A stretch of 63,017 nt of DNA, filler included, from Octopus bimaculoides (GCF_001194135.2; 6 parts of 6 records of this genome joined end to end with filler, not necessarily neighbours in it); one strand, 5' to 3'; positions 25,597 through 37,912 are shown, counted from the whole stretch's first letter. Program-made: numbers and translations. The notes: generated from the letters alone by a model not told the origin.

Positions 25597-26400
25597 TCTA
25601 ACCTTGCCATTCATTTCCTAATAGATTTTGCTAGAAATGTATTCCTGTGTCTCTCGTTACTGGTACCTCTTGATATTTGCAGCTTTGGTAAATACCCTTT
25701 GTTGCAGTTCTTCAATTACGTAGTAATCTTCTTTCTCCTAACATTGTACTTCCCTGTAAGTTTTTTCAATGTTCCTCCTTTTTCTTAATGCACCTCGTTT
25801 TTCCCTTTCCAGAATATCAATATTATTGCTAAGCATTTTGACATCCCAGTCACTTCTCCTTTTCCACCATGGTCCCTTGATATGCTTTTGTGTCGGCTGT
25901 TTCAGATCAAACTCACTCTTCGACAATATAAGTACTTCCAGCACTAATGAGATTGTTGGTTTTTGTCATGGTTCTACTTGGCACCTTGCCAAGGATATTA
26001 TTTCTTCCAGATGGTTTGATTAAATTTTTTTTTTTTGTTTTGGATTGCTTCCTCTTGATTTACAGCTTTCTAATATATCAGTAATAATCCGTCTGCCTTT
26101 TCCCGATGTTTTTCAGTTCATTGATGTTAATGTCACCCCACCCCCGCATCATTTCGAGGATTCAGTTCCACCTCTTTCATTATTTTCCATACTTTCCTCT
26201 CTATATGAATATCCAACACCCTGAGTTTCTAAATCCTTCACACCCTCTTGGCTTATCTCTCTCTTTATCATAGTCTCCATCTCAGATAGCCATCACTTTT
26301 TGCATATTGCCTGGACACAAATTCTCGGTTCAGTAGATTCAGAGAACCCTGTCTCCTACTATTCTCGTAACATCTTTTGTCTACATCCCCTAACTGGTAC
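25597..26400 (-). pseudogene. N-terminal region of an old R4/Dong-like element
   Basis: RGCRQKM ... STEPRICVQAICKK*WLSEME ... PWWKRR ... EELQQR--TKAANIKRYQ matches the YRxRM, TEQRxxDQ-WLSxxE and PxWKRR N-terminal motifs of this group. Many stops. Confidence 0.65.
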
Positions 26401-26634
26401 ACAGTCTTGCTTCTAAAACACCCCATTTCTACGTTACTTTCATTATAGAAATATTATGATGATGACCTGGTCTACGCTACTCATCCACAGCATACCTGCC
26501 GGACGAGGCACGTTCACAAGAAGCTTCAGCACCATTCACGTTATGATTTATCCCACTCATTGCGGTTAATGGTTTTAAGGTTCCTCTACGCCAGCTGGGA
26601 ATGTAGTCCATGATGCGAATAAATGAAAGAAGTT

Positions 26635-28424
26635 TTCAGTGGTTACTGCAAGGCTTACAGCACGGTAGGACAGAAATGAATAATGGAATATTTGAAAATG
26701 TCTGAGAGTGTAGCTAATATGAGAGAGTTTCTGGCCAGCAGTATGGTTGGCTGGAAGACAGAGCTGGCATCAGGTAGACATACACTGGGAACACTAATAG
26801 AGAAATATTCCAGGGAGACAGTCTTTTGCCTTTGTTGTGTGTATTATGTATGGTTCCTCTTTAGTTTTGAGAAGGCCACACGCTGGTTACGAGTGGAGAG
26901 GCCATGAGTTTAAGATAAATCACCTGTTGTCTATGGATGACCTAAAGCTCTTTCAAAATGACCTGTTGCCTATGGATGACCTAAATCTCTTTCAAAATCC
27001 TATGAACAGATTTATTTCCTTGTACAGGCAGTTCATACATTCAGCATGGGCATACGAATGGAATTTGGCCTTACGAAGTGTGGGGTGCTACTACTAAAGC
27101 GAGGTAGAATTGATAAGATGGAAGGAATTATATAACCAGATGGGAAAGCTATGGAGGAAATTGACGACAACCGGTATAGGTACTCAGGGATTACTGGAAA
27201 CATGATCAAATGAAGCAGAAGGAAATGACGGAACTGTTATGAAAGGAATATAACGGGAAACTGAAATTGATAAAGTCGTTGGAATAAAATATTGGCTGTC
27301 AACACATGAGCCCGGCCAGGAAAATGTTGGCACCACGAGGGGCTCTACACCCTAAACTTGATGTGATTAGGTTGTGTCTATTGCGACAGAGAGGAGGAAG
27401 AGGTCTCATTAGCTGTAAAATGTGTGTGAGGTCTGAGTAAAATAATCTGACTTGGTGCGTAAAGAATTCAAATATTATGATGATTAAAGGAGTAAGAAAG
27501 ATAAAAGATTAAACAGTGATGAAGCAAAGGTAAAAAAAGGAGAACTCAAGTGAAACAGACAGAATGACACCTTGAATAGAGGAAAAGCGAAAAATGTGTG
27601 GTCAATTGTTGCAGAGGATGCTTAAGACAATTGACAATGGTAAGATCTGGGAATGGACTAGGAAATGTAACTTGAAAGTTGAAATTGGGGCCCTTATTTT
27701 CACAGCCCAAGATTAGGCACTGAGAACGAACTATAACAAGTGCAATATTGACTGGTCAACTTCACTGTGTGGCTTGTGTTGTGAGAAAGGTGAAACAATA
27801 AACCACATTATTAGGGAATGTAAGATTCTTGCAGAGAAAGCTTACAGAACAACGCACAACAACATTGCCAGATTGGTTCAGTGGAAGCTCTGTCATTAGG
27901 ATGATATGTGCAGAAGTGAGAAATGGGATGAGCACCAACCAGAAAGGAATACAGAAAATGAATAATATAAAATCTTGTGGGACATGGCCATCCAGTGTGA
28001 CCATCTTATCATGGCTAGAAAACCTGACATTGTTGTCATAGAAAGAAATATAAAGCAATAATTGCGGATATTGTTTCGCTGTGGGAGCCGACGGTGCGTG
28101 AGGACTAAAGTGAGAAAGAGGAGAAATATCAGGAGCTGAAGTGGGAAACCAGGAAACCATGGAGAGTCAGACGTGTAGAATTGGTAATGATTGTGGTTGG
28201 CATATTGGGAGTAGTACGTAATAGGCTGAATTCATGGTTTCAGAAGATAGAAATTACCACCAGGACGAGACTGAGGCAGAAAAAAGCCTTCAAAAGAACA
28301 GCAAGGATTCTAAGGAGTGTGTTAGAAAGTTGAAGAAGGAATGACCCAAAGGACATTTGTCCGTTTGATACGACTCTCTCTTTTGGTATAATGTCATCAT
28401 AACATCTTCCAATGCAAAAGCATC
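26635..28424 (+). mobile_element. R4/Dong-like element, RT to 3' end, degraded
   Basis: FQGDS, NHLLSMDDLKL, EFGL--CG, YRY-GL, HPKLDV-RL-L-RQRGGRGL, CGLCCEKGETINHII-EC, RHNNIAR, LWD, RKPDIVV, RTARILRSVLES* (stop 28331-28333). Ends in (AAT)n. Confidence 0.88.

Positions 28425-28481
<57 letters not shown>
28425..28481. repeat. (AAT)n tract between two tandem R4/Dong-like copies
   Basis: Directly visible. Confidence 0.98.
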
Positions 28482-28754
28482 TACACTGGACAATATGTCA
28501 GCATTATAAAATCAAAACCACTGACAAATGGTATAAACACCATCCTGAAGCTGTGACTGAGGGAGAAAATGTATCGATTCTCTGAGACTTCCCCGTACAT
28601 ACCGACAAGACTATAAAAGCTAATAAACCGGATTTTATTATAAAAGATCAGACAAAGAAGACGTGTTTATTAATTGACATGAGTATTCCCTCTGATCATA
28701 ATATAGCGGCGAAAGAATTTGACAAGATCAATAAATATAAAGACTTGCTAATAG
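28482..28754 (+). mobile_element. 5'-truncated R4/Dong-like RLE domain running into a gap
   Basis: HWTICQHYKIKTTDKWYKHHPEAV ... IL*DFPVHTDKTIKANKPDFIIKD ... LLIDMSIPSDHNI--KEFDKINKYKDL, a PD-(D/E)xK RLE pattern. Confidence 0.9.
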
Positions 28755-29129
28755 NNNNNNNNNNNNNNNNNNNNNNNNNNNNNNNNNNNNNNNNNNNNNN
28801 NNNNNNNNNNNNNNNNNNNNNNNNNNNNNNNNNNNNNNNNNNNNNNNNNNNNNNNNNNNNNNNNNNNNNNNNNNNNNNNNNNNNNNNNNNNNNNNNNNNN
28901 NNNNNNNNNNNNNNNNNNNNNNNNNNNNNNNNNNNNNNNNNNNNNNNNNNGAAAACAACATCCATTCATGAATTTTTTTGTTTTCTTAAATACATGTTTT
29001 ACCTGTGAATTTGCGTGTGTAAACTGGGAATGCATACAACGAGTTTCTCTACCCTAGGTGTACGGAAAACACTCGACGAGAAATGGAAGAAAATTTGAAG
29101 AAAGAAGAAAAAAAACAACATAATAATAA

Positions 29130-30690
29130 TGGAAAGCCTCGGACCAGATGAGATTCATGGCTTTTGGCTGAAGAGATAGCACGCTGAGCATGAAAGATTA
29201 GCAGCCCAGTTGAATGAGTGTGTCAAGAAAGGTACAGTCCCCGCGTGGGTGGCGACTGGGATGACAGCACTTATAATAAAAGACAGAAGAAAGGGGAATA
29301 TTGTCGGAAACTACCGTCCCATAGCATGCATATACATAATCTGGAAGATACTCACTCGAATATGTGCGGCAAAGACATATACTTTCCTGGCACAAGAACA
29401 AATACTACCAAGGGCACAAAAAGTATGTAGGGAGAGTTCTCAGGATACCAAGGATCACCTGGTCATCGATGAAACAGTTTTGAGGAATTGTAAAAAAACA
29501 TCAAACACACAATTCTATCGCTTGGATTGATTTTAAGAAGACATATGATATGATGTCTCATTCTTGGATTGTTGAATGCCTACAGATGTTTGGTGTTGCT
29601 AACAACATCACAAATTTTCTGAATTTAGCATGAAAGAGTGGAAAACTAAATTGCACTCAAGTAATGTATTCCTTGTAGAAGTTAATATTAAATGGGTATC
29701 TTCCAAGGTGACTCGTTTGCTCCGTTACTATTTGTAATTGCACTAATACCCATAACAATGAGACTTAGGAAAATTAAGATGGGTTACCGATGTGGGATGA
29801 AAGGCCCATCATCGAACTATCTTTTGTTTACGGATGACCTGAAATTGTTTGGGAAATCTGCAAAACAGATAGATTCCTTAACCAAAACAGTCCAGAAGTG
29901 TGGTAGGGACATCGGCATGGAATTTGGGATTACTAAATGCTCAGTACTTAATATGAAAAGAAGGAAGAAAGCATTCTGCAGAGGATTGTGGTTACCATCA
30001 GGAGAGATCATAGGTGAACCCGACGGTAGTGGGTATAGATATTTGGGGGTTTGGGAGCTGGATGACATTTTACACAGAGAAATGAAAGTCAAGGTCAGCG
30101 AAGCGTATCAAAAAAGGGTGAAGATGATGTTCAAATCCTACCTGGATGCCAAACATTTGATTACCGCAATGAGTATCTGGACAGTTGTGGTAGCCAGATA
30201 TAGTGCGACCATCCTCAAATGGACTAACGAGGAAATATCGACACTGGATAGAAGGACGAGAAAGTTGATTATGCTGCATGGGACGCTACACCATAAAGCA
30301 AACGTAAACAGATTATATGAAAAGAATGGTGGCAGAGGACTAATTAGTATAGACCATTGTATAAGGAGTGAAAGGAGAACGCTTGCCAAGTATTTGATAA
30401 ATAGTGATGAAGACCTGCTGCAATATGTCACGAAAGGTATGGGTTTAAATGCAAATGAAATGATGGGCAAGGAAGAGTTTAACCAAAGAGCTGAGGGAAA
30501 AAGAAAAGAAGACCTTCTAGAAATGAGAATGCATAGACAGTTTGAAAGGAATACACAGGACTTTAAGGATAACACAGCATCGTGGGCATGTCTTGAGCGA
30601 GGTGATTTGAAGCGTACCACCGAAAGCCTGATCATTGCTGCACATGACCAGGCTCTCGCTACCAAGTCAGTGAAGTATAACAAGCACTGC
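29130..30690 (+). mobile_element. R4/Dong-like RT region, truncated both ends
   Basis: WKA-GPDEIHGFWLK, NYRPIAC, GIFQGDSFAPLLF, LLFTDDLKLF, DIGMEFGITKC, YRYLG, LDRRTRK ... HHKANVNRLY ... GGRGL, TESLIIAAHDQAL. Preceded by taataataat. Confidence 0.92.
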
Positions 30691-31149
30691 CCACATCCTT
30701 AGAAAAACCCTATCAATTTAAATGTCTGTTTTGCATTACATGAAGATATTTCGTTAGTACCCCTGCCACTTCCCCTTCCCAAGCTGTTAGTCAAGATGTA
30801 ACATCTCTTATCTTTCACTCACCCCAGGATGCTGGGTGTGTCTCGTTAAGTGATTGTAACATGCATGTATGTATTTATGTATTTGTGTGAGTGTGCTAGT
30901 TGTACTGATGTTGGAATTTATATAGAAGTATTAAAAGAAGTCACAATAAAGAGCAACCACTGATTTAACTTCGGAAAAAGACACCTAAACTCAGAATCAA
31001 ACATATATATCGTTAGAAAAGTTAATTACCTATAAACCTAGGGTTTGTTGAAACCTAGATGGTGGATATGTGTGCATGTATACACATACATACATACATA
31101 CATATATATATATGTATATACATATATACATATATATGCATTACTTTCC

Positions 31150-31353
31150 TTCACCTACCGTCTGACCGTTGACTGAACACTATTCAATTTTTTTTCTCCG
31201 TGTTTTTCTCCTTGTCTCCGTATTCTTTCTGTTGAAGAGCGTAGCTCGAAACGTCAAAGACTTTCCGTATTCCCGAGCGTCATACTAATATATACTTTTG
31301 TTATTTACACCACCTGTCCTCGTCTGTTGTTATTATTTGTATATTCTCCCACA
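31150..31353 (+). mobile_element. ~200-bp repeat with a minimal hammerhead-like motif (probable PLE pLTR)
   Basis: Homologous to 7735-7937 and, in reverse, to 38150-38285. Flanked by TA-rich microsatellite. Confidence 0.75.
31224..31260 (+). ncRNA. Minimal type I hammerhead-like motif with A6U
   Basis: UCUUU-CUGUUGA-A-GAGC-GUA-GCUC-GAAAC-GUC-AAAGA. 5-bp stem I, 4-bp stem II, loopless palindromic ACGU stem III, GUC triplet; core A6 replaced by U. Confidence 0.55.
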
Positions 31354-32154
31354 TATAATACACGCTCACGTGGTCGCACCAGCTAATCCTGTCTCCTCTC
31401 ATCACACACTACCAACTTTTGGATTCTACCTTCTTTCCTTCTGGATCTGGACTGTTTGATTCTGAACTTTATACCCTCCGGCTGCACCTCTCCTACCCAC
31501 GGATTATACTGGACCCATCTTCTGATTGGAAATCGCTTCAATATNNNNNNNNNNNNNNNNNNNNNNNNNNNNNNNNNNNNNNNNNNNNTTAATTAATTAA
31601 NNNNNNNNNNNNNNNNNNNNNNNNNNNNNNNNNNNNNNNNNNNNATAAACAATATATGAGTATATGCATATATATGTACATGTATGTATATACGTTCATC
31701 CACATGTACATATAGATACATAACTGGGTACATGACGTGGCAAAAGAACAAGGACAAAAATGGTAAACAAGGTGCAACAAACAAGCAGGCCACATAGAAA
31801 CATCCCCTTCATCAGCTGCCACCATTAAAACTCCGGCGTTTCGAAGAATTAAGGCAGTACGCATCGTTAAAATGGTTCTTCCCACGAACACAAATTAAAT
31901 TGTTTTCGTGGAGGGTAGTGACGGACGGAAAACAAGACAGGAAAACGAAACGGTGAAATAAACAAACAAAAAGGCTGTACAGCCAGACGTGAAGTGTGTA
32001 TGATGATGACATTTGTTTACAATTAGCACATGATTTCAAGGTAAGGAGACGCAAAGACACACACTTATATACATATGTATAACTGTAACTACATATGTAT
32101 GAGTATAAGTACATATAGGTGTGTGTGTGTGTGAGTATATATATATATATATAT

Positions 32155-32768
32155 CGTCATTGGTGTTTCGCAGAAAGAGTATCGGGCACACTTCAAAACA
32201 CCGAACTTTTTGATTTTCATTGAGTTCATGCGGTACCCACTTATTGAGCTTTTTCACCTTACCAATCTTCTGCAGATTGTGTGAGATTGTTGCAATACTG
32301 ACACCAAGTGCCTGAGACATTTCTCTGATACTTTGACGTGGGTTTTTTTCAACAATTGCTTTCAATTGTTCATTGTCAAGACTGCATGATCGTCCTCTAC
32401 CTTCTTCATCTTCAAGGCTCTCATCACCACTATGGAATTTCTGAAATGACCTTCATACTGTTCGATCACATGTGGACCCCTCTCCCCATGCTCTGTTGAT
32501 ATTGGCAGCAGTTTGGGAGGCATTGTTCCCAAGCTTGAACTCTTGCAAGAAAAAAAAGCGAAGGTTCTTTTTTGTTATGTTCATAATTAAGGGCACCTAT
32601 GCTTCAAGAATGTTTTCTGTCTGAAATAAGTAGAAAATTATTAAAGAGCATGCATCAATTATCAAGTATGTTGAAATTCATCTAAAATATTATTGAAATA
32701 CTATGATAAAACTGCATTTCAAAACACAACACTGAGAGCGGCCTTTATTTTCAGAAGTAATACCTAAG
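32155..32768 (-). mobile_element. Mariner transposon 5' half (transposase pseudogene, probable TIR)
   Basis: EFKLGNNASQTAANINRAWG ... FHSGDESLEDEEGRGR ... LKAIVEKNPRQS-RE-SQ-LGVS ... KKLNKWVPHELNENQK; WVPHEL is a mariner hallmark. TA at 32769-32770 borders a TIR-like end. Confidence 0.9.
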
Positions 32769-33520
32769 TACACAAAATGTTCAGCTAATGACATGTACAA
32801 CAAAAGTCTTGTCTGTCAAACAGGTACTTNNNNNNNNNNNNNNNNNNNNNNNNNNNNNNNNNNNNNNNNNNNNNNNNNNNNNNNNNNNNNNNNNNNNNNN
32901 NNNNNNNNNNNNNNNNNNNNNNNNNNNNNNNNNNNNNNNNNNNNNNNNNNNNNNNNNNNNNNNNNNNNNNNNNNNNNNNNNNNNNNNNNNNNNNNNNNNN
33001 NNNNNNNNNNNNNNNNNNNNNNNNNNNNNNNNNNNNNNNNNNNNNNNNNNNNNNNNNNNNNNNNNNNNNNNNNNNNNNNNNNNNNNNNNNNNNNNNNNNN
33101 NNNNNNNNNNNNNNNNNNNNNNNNNNNNNNNNNNNNNNNNNNNNNNNNNNNNNNNNNNNNNNNNNNNNNNNNNNNNNNNNNNNNNNNNNNNNNNNNNNNN
33201 NNNNNNNNNNNNNNNNNNNNNNNNNNNNNNNNNNNNNNNNNNNNNNNNNNNNNNNNNNNNNNNNNNNNNNNNNNNNNNNNNNNNNNNNNNNNNNNNNNNN
33301 NNNNNNNNNNNNNNNNNNNNNNNNNNNNNNNNNNNNNNNNNNNNNNNNNNNNNNNNNNNNNNNNNNNNNNNNNNNNNNNNNNNNNNNNNNNNNNNNNNNN
33401 NNNNNNNNNNNNNNNNNNNNNNNNNNNNNNNNNNNNNNNNNNNNNNNNNNNNNNNNNNNNNNNNNNNNNNNNNNNNNNNNNNNNNNNNNNNNNNNNNNNN
33501 NNNNNNNNNNNNNTCTCTCT

Positions 33521-33627
33521 GTATGTATGTTTATATATGTATGTATGTTTATATATGTATGTATGTTTATATATGTATGTATGTTTATATATGTATGTAT
33601 GTTTATATATGTATGTATGTTTATATA
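33521..33627. repeat. 18-bp tandem repeat (gtatgtatgtttatatat) x6
   Basis: Directly visible. Confidence 0.9.
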
Positions 33628-34794
33628 GAAACATATGTAAATGTGTGTTTGTGTGTGTATGTATTTGTATATGTAAGCATGTATATGTGTACGTGTGACC
33701 ATTAAGTACATATGAAAACACATTCAGTACATACACACACATACATACATACATACATATTCTGTTTTTCTAAGACTGTCACTTGGAAATCTATTTTATA
33801 TCATTCTTTACTTCTAGAAATAAATCCAATATTCTTACAGCTTATTGTATGACAGTTGGCAATTATCTACTTAAGGTAAATTGTTGCACTATAAAACTTA
33901 TTTACTTTCTGACCTGAAGTAATGTCTTATGTAAACTAGATTCCTTTTTTATAATAATATGACAGTGTTCACTGTTTTTATTTTCATCTTTATTTGTTTT
34001 TCTTAGTTTTTATTATTATATTTTTACCTTTGAAAGAAGACACCAAATTTAATAATGCTCTTCAAATAAATCTCCTTGTATAATCAAATACCAGAATAAG
34101 TTGAGAAAATCTTTTAAATATTAGAATTGTTAAGACTGTCTTCAGAAAACAGAAAAATATCCATCTGGTGAAAACTGAAGTGAAATGTAAACATGAAACA
34201 AATGTTACTAATTTATTGGGTAGGGAATAGCTTTATTTTTAAAAATTTCTTTTATATTTCATGGGAGAAGTAGTTACAAAGGAGTAAAGATAGCTTATTT
34301 AATATTCCTTCTCAGACAAATACAATAGTTTGACTGTAGAATTATAAGCACTAAGTACTAATATATCAAATAATATATCATATCATTGCTGTTGATTGAT
34401 GCTGTAGAACTCATCTTTGATCAAAACATATCCTAGAAATAGGCATTCAGCCTCTTGATTGTAACAAAACCACTCACCTGCAGTACTCTCTTAGTATTCA
34501 GAATCTTTATTACTGTAACATTTACCTGTATATTATTAGTGCAAGCTCCACAATTATTGATGGCTGAGGTTTCTTGATAGGTATTTTTGGCTTACAAGTT
34601 GATATAGTTTATAGTATAAACATGTAATATAAACATTAAAACATTGTCACTATCTCTCCAAATCCTGCTGCACTTCACATGGAAGTTTCAGTCTTCCAAA
34701 ATCATCTTGGTGTTTAAGTCAACCTGCCTTTTTTGGTTGTTAATTTTGGTGTGAAAAATTTGACTTGATTGCTATGGTATAATGTATGTATCTC

Positions 34795-34940
34795 AAAGGC
34801 ACATGCCTTAGTCGTCAACATGTTGGGCTCACTAACATAAGGTTGTGGGTTCAATTTCTGGTTTGGATAATACATTATGTCCTTGAGCAAGTTACTTCAA
34901 TTCATGCTGCTCCTGTTTACTCAGCTGAATATGCATACAA
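34795..34940 (+). mobile_element. Degenerate tRNA-SINE head
   Basis: ggcacatgccttagtcg ... gggttcaatttctgg ... gtccttgagcaagttactt. Confidence 0.6.
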
Positions 34941-35294
34941 GCTTAGTACTGGTGCAGCCCTCTTTCCATCCATCACTGCCTTGATGATCTGCTGGGTTAA
35001 GAAGCTTAGCAAATACGTAAACCTAAAACCAATTAGCAAAAGCATGGTGTGCTCCCAGGTCATACTCACTTGCAAGTGAGGGCCAAGGCTTTTTGGATCT
35101 TGTGCTATACTTGGCGTGGTTTCAACAGCTCAGTGGACCTTCCCAAAACTAACCACTTTTCAGAATCTATTCATTGCGTTTCCTTAAGGCATCAGCACAA
35201 GAGTTGTGATGAGTGTGAACAAATGTATGTGTGCATATGTCTGTGTATATATATATGCTTATGCATGTATGTGTTTTTACATATATGAAGTAGT

Positions 35295-35345
35295 TGGTGT
35301 TAGGAAGGGCATCCAGGTGCTGCAACCATATACAAGCAAACTGTA
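35295..35345 (+). mobile_element. Family C (RTE-type 3' end) fragment
   Basis: gttggtgttaggaagggcatccag ... aaccata. Confidence 0.55.
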
Positions 35346-35374
35346 TAGCTTAATGCAGTCTTCTGGCTTACTTT

Positions 35375-35505
35375 GATGTTCTCCCACTACTCCTGCTCAT
35401 GATCAGAGATGCACATATTGTCAGCCACTAAGAGACATGTTCAAGTGGTTAAGGTCAAGCAAGTGACAAGCAAATACGTGGTATTGAGCAGAATATTTGT
35501 TAGAA
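35375..35505. mobile_element. Family D internal fragment
   Basis: ctcatgatcagagatgc ... cagccactaa ... gtggtattgagcaga shared with 542-1083. Confidence 0.75.
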
Positions 35506-36300
35506 CAATATTTCTGCTTCAGCAACTCAGTGCTTACTTTGTCTGAAATGTAATGGAAAGTAGGTCAGTTCCAAAACATTGATGTCCAGGTCACAAAAAC
35601 TAAGTTTGAAGGAAACAGTAGTAATTTCTTTTGATTTCTAGATAGAAATAATGCTTACTGATCAAAGACCAAAAAGTAAAATTTTATTACACATTGTAAC
35701 CTATTTATTACCTTGTAATTACAAGTGAGGAAATACAACAAACAAATATAGCTGTTCATGGCTTGTTTACATGAGTTTGCAAAGTGTAACAAACAGAGAA
35801 AGAAAGAAGATGGATAAGTTGAGAGAGAGAGAGAAACAAACAAACAAACAAAGAGTGAGTAAGGGAGCCAGTTTAATAGAGATATGAGTCATGCATGTGT
35901 TTGGCTTTAGGCTATTGTTGTAAAGGTAGTAAATAAAAGCATCACTCTGGTTAGCTACTATTGACTATTGATAATCTAGGTGTTTCAGTAGTTAAATCTA
36001 ATAGGAAAAAATTAATACAACTTCAATGCAGCTATCATAACATCAATACTTTATCACTGAGCTGTAAATGGATTTAAAAAATATACTGTGCAAAGATCTT
36101 GACTGTAAATGACAAAGATACGAAACAATTTAATTCTGACCCAAAATACCCTCAAAACAAAATGTATTTGGAGAGAATGGTTGTATTTCTTCTTAATCAT
36201 GTATGCTGATTATGTCTGGAATCTGATGAACAGAAGCTTTAATAATTTCATGATCAATTGTTTAAGCATTAAAATTACCCTCTCTCACACATACATAGAT

Positions 36301-36425
36301 TTTAGCATTTAAGCTGGCCATATCAGGCCCAAATATTCCACCTGTTTTAGGTTCAAACTAACCTGGTCCAGCCTCTCACACCTACCCTACAATATCATTC
36401 TAGAAATGTACAATTTTATCATTAT
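36301..36425 (+). mobile_element. MITE fragment (probably piggyBac-like)
   Basis: tttagcattt start matches the taaccctttagcatt terminus at 46846. The family is recalled as a common octopus MITE. Confidence 0.4.
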
Positions 36426-36544
36426 ACATTTTTATCACACCCTTCTTTTAAAACTTTCTGAGCACTTTCAAGAATTGTCCATTAGCTTTTCAAACTTTGA
36501 AGTTTTGAATAAAAGATCAACTGTTATATGTATACATGCGTATG

Positions 36545-37450
36545 TATGTCATTGTTCAGTTTCTTACCAATAGAGAAAGGGCTGGTTTCTGACCTAGATC
36601 CAAGGCTCCTTCATTGGAATTTCAACATCAACAACAGGGTATTTTTGTTTGTATGTATGTATGTATATGTGCAGATTTGTATGTTTTGCTTTATGCATTT
36701 ATTCTCATGCATATGGTTGTATATCTAGACATGCTCATATGTATATAAATGCTAACCTTCTGGAAAGTTTTACAGATTTTTACAGTTCCAGTGATGGATT
36801 GGATCTGTAGTCTATGAATTAGCTTTCTCCTTTCTGGTTTTGAGAAGCCTAATTTCTCAAGATTGGTATGTAGGCAGTGTGTTACGTATCCCAGGGCCCC
36901 AATAATTACAGGTATAAGCCTGAACTTGTAATCTGGATAGAATACCTGCAGATTTTTCAATGGTTCAGCGTAGGTGTTTTCTTTTTCACTGATCTTTAGC
37001 TTTATGTTAACATCCACTGGGCCGCTAATTTCCACAACTGTGCACAGTTTCTCTTCTCTATCCCAAATAATTATATCAAGTCTGTTGTACTTACATTTTA
37101 TTGAGGTCTTCATTGGGACATTCTACCAGTACTCTTTTTTTATTATGAGTGGCTATGGCTTCTACCATACTGTGAGTTCTTATTTCTTTGGCCTTGGGGG
37201 TTATCCTTCCAATGGATTTCATTATAGAGTGCCCTAGCTACATCATGTCTTATCGGTAAACAATACCGTGATGACATTTTCAGACAACTGCTTATGATGT
37301 GGATTAATATCTTCAGTGTTAACTCTATAAAGTCTGCATTGGTTGTCACATTTTACTGCTTTTCCTGCATCTCTGTTCCTTTTGTGCATTAGGTGCTTGG
37401 TTGATATTGCCTGTTCCTTGATTGCAAACACATATATCTCGTGTTTATAT
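36545..37450 (-). mobile_element. RLE non-LTR family 2, 5'-truncated, with 3' UTR
   Basis: YVFAIKEQAISTK ... CDNQCRL ... HIISSCLKMSSRYCLPIRHDVARALY ... KCKYNRLDIIIWD ... VVEISGP-D-N---KISEKENTY ... PVIIGALG ... GTVKICKTF: zinc knuckle and RLE. Confidence 0.88.
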
Positions 37451-37689
37451 CTCTCTCCCTCACACACTTTCTCTTCACATTTTTTTTTTTGTTAGACACT
37501 CTCACTCTCTCTCTCTCTCTCTCTCCCGCACACTTTCTCTTTACATTTTTTGTTTTGTCAGACGCTGTCAAACTCTCTCTCCCTCACACACATACATCCA
37601 CACAAAAATTCTCTCTCTCTCCCTCACATGCCCACACACACACACACACGCTCTCTTTCACTTCCTTATGGCAAGAAGGGGACTTAACT

Positions 37690-37912
37690 CATGTTATCAA
37701 ACTTCAAAATTGATAAAAGTTATGGTTGAAAATCGATTTTTACCACTATCCGCGGATGCCTCAGGGAAAATAAGTTGACAAAAACCCAGCTAGGATCGTG
37801 ACAAATATCCTAAAATTGGAGTGATGTGCGTGCTAATTTGTAGACGTGCATAAATTACATTCACGGACACACACACACACACACACATCCTGCCTTTTAT
37901 AGATATACAGAT
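37690..37912 (+). mobile_element. HINE/DINE-1-like non-autonomous element 3' part
   Basis: Ends cacggac(ac)n-atcctgccttttatagatatacagat, the microsatellite plus tttata-atagat ending typical of Helentron-associated elements. Confidence 0.4.

Noticed and set aside
31360-31544. LPTFW as a second CsRn1-like gag start
   Set aside because: One short motif, no open continuation, ends at a gap.
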